64,000 nt of DNA from Negaprion brevirostris (taxonomy: Eukaryota): contig JARDVH010000137.1 of the NCBI GenBank assembly GCA_030324005.1, forward strand, positions 28,467,923 through 28,531,922, written 5' to 3'. This document shows positions 50,415-61,950 of the stretch, in pieces. A model generated the notes under the pieces. That model searched no databases and was not told the DNA's origin. It saw only the letters and a program-made list of their open reading frames with translations. The translations under genes were made by a program, and so were the position numbers. Within the stretch, counting starts at the first letter, position 1; the number at the start of each line of letters is the position of its first letter.

Positions 50415-51259
50415 AAGGGCAGCAAGAGGGCAATAAATGCTGGCCCAGCCATCAATGCTTACATCCCGTAAATGTATAAAGAATCACCTCAATCCTTTAA
50501 TATATTTAACTCAAACGTTCCAAGCAGCACATATTTATGCATGAAGTTTAACAAATTTGGATTTTTAAAAAATGGTTTTAAAGGCTGACAGAATTTCAAG
50601 GGAAACTTGGTCAACATTGTTGAGTATGCTAAGTTAAGGTTGCAATTAAAGGTTGTCCAGTTCCTGTGGTAAAGCAATCGAGGCATTTTTCACAGCCATG
50701 TGAACAAACAGCTGTCATTCTAATGAGTTAAAGTCAAACTCAGCGCAGGATTTTACGACTGCGCTCCGGTGAGATTGTAAAATCCCGCCCGAGATCAACG
50801 AAGAATTCCATTCTGCGAGCTCACCCACCCCGAAATTCCACCCTCTGTTCTTAAACACACACATGCAGATTAATACACTTTTCTTACTTACAACATTTTC
50901 AATGATAGAAAAGAGCTAAAGTATTATTCAGCTCTTGACAGAAATGCAAAGTAGTATGGTAACCAAGAGTGCATCAAAAACAAACCTTGAAAAGTTTATT
51001 ATGCAGTGGGTGCAGATGCACAGAAAAGGAGAAAAGATGATCCCTTCAAGTGGTTTCCAACAATTTGTACAAGACTATCATTTGTGCTGTCCTGCAAATG
51101 GTTACCATGCCATCTAAATCAAGCAACTCCAGCATCAGGGAAAATAAACAACCTTGAATTGCTATTGTTGGACAGGAGGATGGGAATTTCAAACTTGAGC
51201 GTTTTGGGACATTATATAATGAGCGTGTGACGGTACTTTTAACTTATTGTTGATCACAG

Positions 51260-52280
51260 GATTCATACAGTGCAGAATGAGGCCATTTGAACCGAGTCTG
51301 CACCAACTCTCCATCAGAGCATCCCACCCAGGCTCTATCTCTATTATCCTTTTTCAGCACCCCCACATATCCTTCCACTTTCAGAGATCTGTGGACAAAC
51401 ATGCCAAGGTCTCTTTGTTCCACAGAAATTCCTAGTGTCTTACCTTTCATTGAATTTTTTTTTGTCAAATTACTCCTTTCAAAGAGTATCACTTCACACT
51501 TTTCAGAGTTAAATTCCTTTGCCACTTACCTGCCAATTTGACCATTCTGTCTATATCTTCTTGTGGCCCAAGACACTCCACCTCACCGTTAACCATCCAC
51601 CCAATCTTTGTATCATCTGCAAACTTACTAATCTTACTCCCCAAATAGTCAATGTCATTTATAAAAATGATGAATAATAAGGGGGTCAACATAGATCTCT
51701 GGGGTATGCCACTGGACACTGGCTTCCAGTTACAAAAGCAGCCTTCTGTCATCACCCTCTGTCTCCTACAATTGAGTCAATTTTGAATTCACTTTTATCA
51801 AAATACTCTGAATTTACCTTCTTTACAAGTCTCCCACATAGGACCTTGTCAAATGCTTTGCTGAAATCCATATAAAGCACATTGAGAGCACTACCCTCAT
51901 CTACACATCGGGTCATCTCCTCAAAAAATTCAATCAAATTTGTTAGGCATGATCTCTCTCTTTCGAAGCCATGCGGGCTATCCCTGATCAAGCTTTGCAG
52001 CTCCAAGTAGAGATAGATGCTCTCCTTCAGAAGTTTCCCTAATATTTTCTACTACTGATGTGAGACTCACTGGTCTGTAGTTCCCTGATTTATCTCTACA
52101 TCCCGTCTTAAATAGCAGAATCACTATTGTCCGGTCGTCAGGCACCTCCCTTGGCCAGAGAGAAGTTGAAAATTTGGATCATAGCCCCTGCTATATCCTC
52201 CCTTGCCTCCCGCAACAGCCTAGGGCACAATTCATCTGGACGTGGTGATTTATCCATTTTTTAAAGGGTGCCAATACCTT
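51260..52280 (-). mobile_element. CR1 LINE RT fragment with SINE/CR1 tail
   Basis: ORFs 51752..52006 (HGF...SCLTNLIEFFEE...YMDFSKAFDKV) and 51489..51755 (SGIPQ...FADDTKI). Confidence 0.92.
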
Positions 52281-52351
52281 CAATACCTTGTCCTCCTTTA
52301 CCAATTTGCTCAGGAACTTGATACACTTTCTGCCTGAATTCCATGCCATCT

Positions 52352-52547
52352 TGAGACACTGGGGGACAATTTAGCATGGCCAATCCACCTAACCAGCAGG
52401 GAGGAAACCAGAGCACATGGAGGAAACCCACACAGACATGGGGAGAATCCACACACACAGTCAGTCATGCAAGGCCAATATTGAATCTGGGTCCCTGGCA
52501 TGGTATGGTGAGGCAGCACTGCTAACCACTGTGCCATTACGCTGCCC
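52352..52547 (-). mobile_element. HE1-like SINE, 5' half
   Basis: gggcagcgtaatggcacagtggttagcagtgctgcctcac. Confidence 0.85.
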
Positions 52548-53643
52548 TTTAACCGAAGCAGAGTGTTGCTAATCCAATAAACAATTTTACCAGCGTTGGC
52601 CTGAATTATTCAAATATACAACTCTACACGAGTTAAAAGAATCCTAACCATTATAAACAAAAGAAATAACAGCTGCAGTAGGCCATTTGGCCTTTGGAGC
52701 CTGTTAGACCATTTATAAAGATTGTGGTTAATGATGTTCCTCACCTCCACCCTCCGACAATCCATATCCTTCAACTCGTTTACTTTCTATAGCTCTAACT
52801 GATCTTACCCTTAAAAACACTTGAAAAAAATGCTGCTGTTACAGACTATAAAACGGAAATAAAAGATTAAAGGAAGCAACTAAATGTGAGCTTCTTAATG
52901 TGCAAAATTTAAAGATGCAGAGCAAATGCTATGATATTTACAAACCTAATTCCTGAAAAGGTTTTGCACAACTCCATGACTTCAGCATCATTTTGGAAAT
53001 ATTGGAAGGGCAACCTTAAGCTACAAGACTAAGCAACCATCTTGAAATGGCAGATCCATCAAAGATCAATGTGACATTTTGCAAGATTGTCACTTAAGGT
53101 GGAATACTGCAATACCAATGTAGTATTCTTCTCTACAATGCTGTGTGTATCCTGGTGAGTAGCAAAAAATAATTATATTTACCTAACCTGCAGTTAGTAC
53201 ATATGAACTGATTGCTTCTTCAAATGGAACAAACGTTGAGGCCCTCCACAAAAATCATCAGTCAGATCTTCAAACAAGATGCTATTCTCTCTAGCTTGTG
53301 TTGGAAAAATTTTACAAGTAAAAGGATGAAAGTGCAATTTTGTTAATCCAAACACAAAATCAGTGTGAAACAGGTAAAGAAATGGAAGGAAGTGGCCTGC
53401 TCATTTCCCTCTAAGTTGGTCAAGTGGTCATATCTCGAGAGGAAAATGGGGGTTGCAGGCCTTCTGAAAAAAATTACAAATTACAAAGTTAAGTTGATCA
53501 CATTGAGTTGGGAAAAAAATTGCATGGCAGATGGAATTCTTAGTTTTTGGGCAGAACAAGACCATTTCTCCTCTAAATTCCAAAAGTTTATTGATTTAAC
53601 ATTGTGGAGGCTCAAGCAATAATTCATTAATGGCCAGCCTTAC

Positions 53644-53793
53644 CTGTCTAGAAGAATTCAAGTTTTGCATGCCCAGCCCCGAGGCAATGGCACCAAGGGC
53701 CTGATTAGGGTGTGCACTGTTTGAAAGGGCAAGCTTCAGGCTTGGTGAAGGCAAAAATGGTGAAGTAGGGGACTCTTCCACTGGGCCGCCATC
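53644..53793 (-). CDS. TNRC6C: TNRC6C coding exon, [50 protein letters not shown] (alternative upstream acceptor at 53817)
   Basis: aatcag|GAT and CAG|gtaagg; 150 nt, phase 0-0; overlaps track ORF 53596..53781. Confidence 0.95.
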
Positions 53794-55646
53794 CTGATTG
53801 GAGAAAGATAGGGTGAGCTATGCAGTGCCAACCATGGCATGGCACCAATTTTCAGCGAAATACGAAGGGGGTCACAGCAATAACACAGGGATTTCATAGT
53901 TTGAAATAATTTTAGTTAAAGGGATGATGGAAACGTGTTTCAAAGACAAAAGTGATGGAGGAGTGGTTGGGGAAGAGAGAAACAGAGAAGGAAACAAAAA
54001 AGAGAAAAAAAAGAGTTAAGTTGCATGGCTAAAAATCTTTTTCATGCCAAAGATAAATGTGCAAAGATTAAAAATAGCAATTATTGCAATATCAAACAAA
54101 CACCTTGCAGGCAAGATAGAATAACAATGACAGTGCATTCATGATCTCTTCCATAACATGGACATTATGTCCAAACCAAAAGGTCCGGATGTCAATTTTA
54201 AGGGACACCATGTAATTCATTTAACCCACATTTCAATAAGTTTGGTTATATATATTAATCTCCTATTTAAATAAAACACCAAATATTATATTCTTTTGAC
54301 AAACTGTTTTGGTATGGGCTTCAAAATTCACCAGCCAAATGTTAAACGTAGGCACAAACACTAAGTAAAAAAAAAGAATTAATGAAATTCCTCCTGCAAC
54401 ATTCAAACTATCCTGTGAGAAATCAAAATATGCTTGTCTTTAGATCTTAAATGATCTTCTTTGGCTAACTTGGCGTAAAGCTTGCTTGAATGATATTGAC
54501 ATGGTTCACTAAATAAATATTTCTGTATTTGATCCACGCTAAGAAAATCATCAACAGTTAATGAACACGCTGATGATTGCACATAAAATCTAAAGAATCT
54601 CTTCCAAAGCATTAGCTAAACAACCACATTTATTAAAGATTAAGTTCTGCAACTGAACTTGCATTTATAGAGAGCTTTCAACATAGAAAACATTCCTATG
54701 ACACTTTAAAGAAAAGGTGAAAAAAAAAGCAATAGGCAAGGGAACAGATGCTATTGAATACAGGAAGTAAGAGCAACAGCTGCACACCCAAATGTTGCTA
54801 CATTCAAGCCAAGGTCAATACATCAAATACCAAAATCAGATGAACTAAAGCTCTTGCAATGAAGCAAAGCTTAATTAAAGTCAATAATTGAGACAATAGA
54901 ACGTGCATACTAGGTACCAAGTAACACCCTAATGTGTAGTGAAAACTGAGGTTTTATTGACAAACGAATGCATGATTTTAGAAACAAACACCAAAACTCA
55001 AAGCACTAAAAATATCAGACAGATTCTACTGGTATCCTTCAGGGCTTTNNNNNNNNNNTTTGACTTCTGCATGTTCATATTCTTGAACAAAATCACTTTG
55101 AGAAAGATGCATAATGTGATTAGTGTAAAGAGGATCCATCTTCCTTTAATTTGGTCACCATAAAATCATCAGCCTCCCCATTTTATGGCCGACTACAATC
55201 ATTAGTATACATGAGTCAAACTGCAGTTTGACAAAACTACAGCTTTCTCTTTAGCCATGAAATCATGAGTAATAAACAATCTTTCATTGCACCACAAGAT
55301 AGAAATTTACTGGGGTCTCGTGCAACTAAATATTTTAATCATTGCAAGTGGAGTTATAGGTTAGTAATACAGGTTAGCAATATGCTTTGACTTTTTGAAG
55401 TGATATTCTGAGAACTAGCATAAGGGGATATTGATCAATTCACAGACCAATGAAATGAGACTTCCAAATTTTTAATACAAGAAAAATTGGGGTGATTGAT
55501 TCTCCCATTGCTTGATTGCACCCCCTCCTACCCCCTCTTTCACTGCAACAGAGTGAGCTATACTAAACCCCACTGTGCTGGAAAGAACCTCTCTAGGCGT
55601 GGTGGTGGTGGGGGGGAAACACGAGCAGGCCTGCATACTTTGGTCC

Positions 55647-55851
55647 TGGGCCTGCGATTGCTATTGAAATTGTATTCAAATGTCCATTTGCATACATTAT
55701 GATTTCTATTGTGGAGCTGATGGCATCGATAATCCGGCGTCCATAGAATCGCGGAAGCCGTGGCGCCCTGTGGTGACCCATGAAACAGCGTCCGCCCGAG
55801 TTTCCCGCCCCATGTGCTACAAAAGCAGCGCAGTGGGATGGAGAATCGCCC
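55647..55851. mobile_element. Short non-autonomous DNA transposon (MITE-like); similar GC-rich remnants near 42831, 50743 and 62078-62315
   Basis: CpG-rich island ending ggagaatcgccc; related ends aaattccaccc and gaattctggccc resemble the Harbinger TIRs in this window. Confidence 0.45.
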
Positions 55852-56415
55852 GCACTGACTCTGCATTAGCAGAAAATGGCAAGCTTGAACTCATTTTAGA
55901 GCCCATGTGCTTTTATTTTTAAATTTCACATCAAACTTGATATCAGTACAGGACAACTTAACTAGGGGAGGGGGACAAAAGAACCTTTCGATTCACTTGA
56001 CTTTGAGTGAATAAATTTCTTTAAAAAATAAGTCCAAATNNNNNNNNNNNNNNNNNNNNNNNNNNNNNNNNNNNNNNNNNNNNNNNNNNNNNNNNNNNNN
56101 NNNNNNNNNNNNNNNNNNNNNNNNNNNNNNNNNNNNNNNAATTAAAACTTTACACTTTTACTTTTGGAGCTAAACTTGATTTTTCCCACACATTACAAGT
56201 GAGATCCGAATGTTACTTGAATTACCATGAGGTGCAAGCATTTCCCAGCCAATTCTTTTCTACTCAGTGTAGAACAGTGCATAATATTCCATCAGAACCC
56301 CCAAACTTGACCATTACATTTTAAAAAATCGATCAGTTTCGTTCACTAGTCTGGGGAACTTGTCATCAGGCAACACACCTTTTTGTTCTTTTTCTGTTAC
56401 TTATTCAAAACAAAC

Positions 56416-56561
56416 CTTGTCAAAAAAGGGGGGCCGATCCATGGAAGACTCTTTGGGGATAGAAGGTGGTCGGCAACCAAGTGGTTTAGAAACTATTCCA
56501 TTGTAATCTGACATTCCCATTCCACGTTTGTCCATCTCCACTTTTTTTTCCAACAGAGCAC
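56416..56561 (-). CDS. TNRC6C: TNRC6C coding exon (first in window; end of UBA region), xALLEKKVEMDKRGMGMSDYNGIVSKPLGCRPPSIPKESSMDRPPFFDK
   Basis: ttttccag|GT acceptor and AAG|gtttgt donor; 146 nt, phase 1->0; resembles human TNRC6C ALLEKKVDVDKRG...KESSVDRPTFLDK (recalled). Confidence 0.93.
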
Positions 56562-57495
56562 CTGGAAAAGGGGAAAATCCATCTTAACATAAAACAAAAA
56601 GGAAAAGGAAAAAAAACAGAAGACAAACATTAACTTTAACTAAAGACATTGCTAGGTGACTGTAGGTAAAGCAACAAATATACACACAAAAAGAAACAAA
56701 CAGGTGGTCATGGGGTGTGAAACACCGATGGGAAAATATGCGATTGTGTTAATAATTCACCATACACTGACATCCCAATTTATGCCAGGTCACCCGGTGA
56801 GTTTTAAGCGGAATAAGCAAAGAAATCTCTTGGGAGGGTAGAGAGTAGAGGAAGGTGAAAAAAAGAACTGTGCAGGTGCCTACATAAGGTATCAAATAAC
56901 TACTACCAAGGTTTAACATTCAAAAGGAAATCATAGTTAAAGTTTGTGAAACCCCAAAGCATAACAGTCATTAATCCTAGTACAGTATGCATTCCAGAAC
57001 ACTGCCCAAATGTGAAGAGACACAAACAGTACTTGTTCTAAAAATCTTTGCAAATGGAATATTTTTCCCCAAGAATGTAAGGGTGGTAAAATCTTATTCA
57101 GGAAAGCAAACTGTAAAACTATAGATGAATTAAGTTCTAGTTAGTTTGCAGATAAAACTCCTAGAAACTGTATTATGGATGGAAATTAACAGATCACCTA
57201 AAAAGGCATAGACCAATCAAAAGTGTAAGTTAGTTTTCTGAAGGAAAGGTCATATTTGATTAAATTAATTAAATGCGTTGTGGAATTATAAAATGCATAG
57301 ATAACATTTGTATTTATAAATTTTCAGAAAGCATTTGAGAAACCATACCGTAGGAGACTTCTTTGAAAAATGAAGTCATGTGCCACATAGCTGCATGAAG
57401 GTCAAGTTATCAAGAAAACCTACCATTGCACTTTGAAAAGTACTTTGTTGACTATAATACACTGAGTAATGTCCTGAAGTAAAGGAAGCTGCTAT

Positions 57496-58209
57496 TGTGA
57501 TGGAATTTGTGGTTTCAAAGCTTGTACTATTTTGTGTAAGGCCCGAAAAGAAACTGAAAAGGGAAGTCCACCTTCCGGTTTCCAGTTGAGCACCTTCTGA
57601 TTCTCAGTTGTACTAAACTGAGATTGGAAATCAATATTTGTGGGAAATTGAAACTGGCTGAAACCATGTGAAAGTACACAGCATCATCTGAAATCAGATG
57701 ATCCCAGTGCTGCAGTACAGACAGGCTGAAAAAGATGGAGGCTGGATCCAGGAGCTGATGATGGGAATCATATAGTTTTTGCAGCAGTAGTTTTTTTCTT
57801 GAAGATAACATTAGTCAGTATACTCTATTAAGACCATTGTAAGTGCAATTTTTGTGAAGACCATATCCGTGGAACTCTAGTCGTGCTGCCCTAGGCTGGG
57901 GATCACATCCTGAGCCTGAGTGAAGGACCTGGAATTCTTAGTGAAAATGATAAGAGGTTTGAAGGACTTTGGGTTTGAGATTGATGACAAATATGCTGAG
58001 GGGATTGTTCAGTAAATTTCTAAGAACTGTCTTGGTTGCATATCTATCACTTGTGTTCTTTATAGTTTGCCTGTTAATTCTTTAGTTTATGTTGATTTTA
58101 GATGTGATTGTTACAATAAAATTTAGGAGTGGAATCTTGTCCACCTCAACGGTGGACATTTGGTAAATTCACTACTTTTGGTTTGTTGGTCTCCATAGGG
58201 ACCATAACA
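57496..58209 (+). mobile_element. Solo LTR (714 bp) with 4-bp TSD
   Basis: TGTGATGG...CCATAACA termini (7/8 inverted match), CTAT on both sides (57492-57495, 58210-58213), AATAAA at 58115-58120. Confidence 0.85.
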
Positions 58210-58589
58210 CTATATAAATTTTTAAAAATTACTATATGATCTTTAACAACTTCCTAAGCCAAAAGTTAAAATATGATGCAGCACTTTGCTAGAATCGTAC
58301 AAGTGTGTCAGCCTAATTTATAATTTGACATTTGAACCCATAACCTTCTGACCTAGAGTACAGAGCTACCAGTTGAGCTAATGGACATTTTGTACTAAAT
58401 ATCTCCCATTTATTCAATTACAGCTCATTCCCTGAATTATGTTCAACATAAATTTTATTCCTGTTTCCTAACAGCCTCTGCAACAATTTATGATCTTAAC
58501 ATCTAGCAGGAAAAACAGTTGTACAAGATGTACATCAAATGCAATCTTACTGAGGCCCGAGTTTTGCTTTTCCATAAGTCTAACCACGC

Positions 58590-59110
58590 TGCAACTAAAT
58601 GGTAATACAAAGAAGATGGGCAGCATCAACTCTACATAAAAAATTAAAAAATAAATACCCTATGATGGAAAAGAACTACTACAACTGGAAGGAAAAATCT
58701 AGAAGACAGTCGTGACATCAGTCTTCTTATATATTGCAGAAATTTGGGTATCAAGGAGAGGAGAACCATGACTGGACACTAATGAGATGTGGACGTTGAG
58801 GTGGATCTGTTGAGTGGCAAAAAAAGGACAAGATCAGGAAGGAGTATATGAGGGGGTCAGTGAAGAGTATGGAAGCATCAAAGAAAGCAATTGAGGGCAG
58901 CTTCAAATGGTATGGTCTATTGTGGCGTGAAAGAGGACAAGCAGTAAGATGTGTGATGGAATGAGACTGCCAACAAGGAGAAGAGGAAGGCCTAAAACCA
59001 GATGGAAAGATCTGGTGACAAGTGACTCAAGTGTAAAAGAATTGGAAGGGGAATGGATATTGACAGGAGATGGAGAAGGATAGTCAACCAGCATTCTGGT
59101 GATCCCAAAT
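58590..59110 (+). mobile_element. RTE-clade LINE 3' fragment
   Basis: Translates across stops and frameshifts to KTVV...LYIAEIW...NEMWTLRWI...DKIRKEY...FKWYG...RRRGRPKTRWKD. Confidence 0.75.
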
Positions 59111-59684
59111 TAAACAAACAATCGGCAAGAAGGTACATTCCATAAAATGCGTGAGCACGAATGAAGATTTTATTTTGTAATTAAACATGTTACAGGATTG
59201 TTTATGGTAAGGGAGAATGTGGTTTTTGAGAGCAAGCTGTTTATTTTATTTAAGAATTTGGGAGGGGTGTGGGAGCAATGAAGTGGGTTGAGGAAATTAA
59301 TTTGATGTGAAGTTTGAGCCTTCTGAGCAAGCTGAAACCTTTGCAACCCGCTCTATCCCATTGGAAACCTTTCAGCTCTGTTGATTTCAAAGTACAGAGC
59401 TTTGAAAGAGGCTCCCACTGACAGCTTATGGATTTCTACTCAGGCTCCAGTCAGTTGTGTTTATTTACATTTCCCTTCATCCTTGAATGCATCTCAAGTA
59501 CCTCCATTGTTCCTAATGGCAATGTCGGCGTTGACTTAGTCTGACTGAAAGTTTTGGTTTCTTCAAAAGTGGCTTAACTTCCTCTTTTGCAGACCATTTA
59601 TTCCCTTTGAAGAAACCAAAGCCACATCCAACAACCTGCTCTGAAAACTCTTGCTCATATTCCAACGTAGCAGCAGAGCTTACA

Positions 59685-60002
59685 CGGTAGTTAGCACTGC
59701 CGTCTCACAGCGCCAGGGACCTGGGTTCAATTCCAGCCTTGGGTGACTGTGTGGAGTTTGTATGTTCTCACCGTGTCTGCATGGGTTTCCTCCAGGTATC
59801 CTCCCACACTCCAAAGATGTGCAGGTTAGGTAGACTGGCATACAATAAATTGCCCCTTAGTGTCCAAGATGTATTGTTAGGGAGATTAGTGGGGTGAATA
59901 CATGGGGCTACTGGGATAGGGTAGGCCTGAGTAAGACACACTGTTGGAGAGTTAGTGCAGACCTGGATGGGCCAAATGGCCTCCTTCTGCACTGTCAGGA
60001 TA
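59685..60002 (+). mobile_element. HE1-like SINE
   Basis: gttagcactgccgtctcacagcgccagggacctgggttcaattcc...gatgggccaaatggcctccttctgcactg. Confidence 0.9.
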
Positions 60003-60199
60003 CAATGAAAAAAATTCTTAGTAGAACAACCCACAGCATTCTTAAAAAAAAGTGAATTTATTTTATCCCCCCAAAGTTATTCTACCCACAGAACCTTTAA
60101 TAAAAAATTGCAGGCTCTAAACTGCATTTTTGCCTAAAACTAATTATGTATTCCTTGGGCCATACCCTTCCCTATTTATGTATCAAATTTCAGTTAAAA

Positions 60200-61950
60200 C
60201 TGTCCATTAGATTTTGAGACACATTGTTTACAGACAAACAGACTAATATGGGCAAAAGTATTACCTCTGCCTATTTTCATTGGCAAGAGGTAAAAATGGA
60301 CTGGAATAGTCCACGACTTGTGGATGCAGAGGACGAGGAGACTGGGCACTGTAGTCATAGAGAAACAAGGAAATGGCAAGGACTTTGAACAAATGTATTT
60401 GTCTTCATCCCAGAAATAGTAGAAAAATAGGGGAGGGAGGAAATTAAAATAATCACTCACTAGATAGAAAATGCATAGCAAAACTAATTGTACTAAAAGC
60501 TGCTAAATCCCTTGGACCTAATAGCCTGTATCCTATGGTCTTAAAAGATGCGGCTGCAGAGATAAAGATGCGTTGTATGTAATCTCCCAAAATTCCCAAG
60601 AAGCTGAAAATGATCCAGTGGATTGGAAAAATCACAATCGTCCCTATTTTAAATAAGGAGGGAGAGAGAAATCAGAAAGCTAGAGGCTAGTTAGCCTAAC
60701 TTCTGGAATTGGGGAAAATGCTGGAGTCTATTATTAAGGAAGGACATTCACAAAATTTAACACATCAACTAAAGTCAACTTCGCTTTACGAAAGGGAAAT
60801 TATGTTTGACGTTTTTATTAGGAGTCATTTGCAGTGGATAAAGGGGAACTGGAAGGTGGAGCACATTTAGATTTCCAAAAAGAATATACTCTAGTGCTAC
60901 ATAAAAAGGTTACTGCACAAGATAAGAGCTCATGGTATCGGGAGTAATATATTAGCTTGTGTAGAGGACTGACTATTAGAAAACCAAAAATTAGTATATA
61001 TGAGTCATTTTCAGGTGAAGAGTGGATCACATGGGTTAGTGCTGGGACCTAAACTAATTACAATCAATACTGACTTTCAAAGGGTACAAATGCATTGTAT
61101 CCAAATTTGTTGATGGTAGAAAGATAGATGGGAAAGCAAGTTGTGAGGACAGCACAGAGTCTGCAAGGGGATGTAGTTGTTTAAGTGATTGGACAAAAAA
61201 TTGGCAGATGGAATCCAATTTTGGGAAAATTTGAAATTACCCATTTTGGTAGGAAGAATCAAAAAGCAAAATGCAGCAAGTATTTAGGGAAGTAAATGGA
61301 ATGTTAATTTTATTGCAAGGGAAATGGAGTGTAAAAGTAGGGAAGTCTTGCGACAACTGTATAGGAAATTACATAGGATTTAGGAGCATGAGTACGCCAT
61401 TTGGAACTTTGAGTCTGCTCGGCCATTTGATAAAATCGTGACTGATCTGAATGGTCAACTTCACTTTCCTGTCTGTCTCTTATAACCCTGAACCCCTTTA
61501 TCAACCAAAATATGATCCTTGAATAAAGTCAATGGTCCAACTTTCAATGTTTGCTGGGGAAGAACATAACACAGAAAAAAATTCTCATGTCTATCTTTAA
61601 AGGGTGACCTCTTACTTTTAAAACGTACCCATAATTATAGTCACCCCACAAGAGGAAACATCCTTTCGGTATCTACCCTATCAGGTTCCCTTAGAATCTT
61701 GCATGTTACAGTATGATCAGCTCTTATTCTTCTAAATTGTAGCGAATATAGACCAAACCTGTTCAACCTTTATTAAAAAAAGTCCCTGATCCCAAGAATG
61801 AGTTTACTGATCCTTCTTTGAACCACTTCTCATGCATCTGTATCTTTTTACAAATTATGAGTCCAGAACTGTACACAGCACAAATGATGTGGTCGCCCCA
61901 GGCCATATTCAGACGCAGTAAAGTTTCCTTATTTTTGTATTGCATTCCGC
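60200..61950. mobile_element. Old CR1 fragments (+ strand ~60200-61370; - strand ~61370-61950)
   Basis: Degenerate KS.GP, LVSLTS and YLDFQK motifs on +; CR1 3'-end and LYSSG/EYC-like remnants on -. Confidence 0.7.

Noticed and set aside
53181-53200. tactaactgcag|gttag|gtaa on minus (perfect branch point, possible 5-nt microexon or recursive site)
   Set aside because: Branch point only ~5 nt from the AG and no Py tract; most likely chance.
56700-56830. Intronic segment with small hairpin ggtg-tgaaa-cacc, considered as a snoRNA
   Set aside because: No C/D boxes or H/ACA two-hairpin architecture could be identified.
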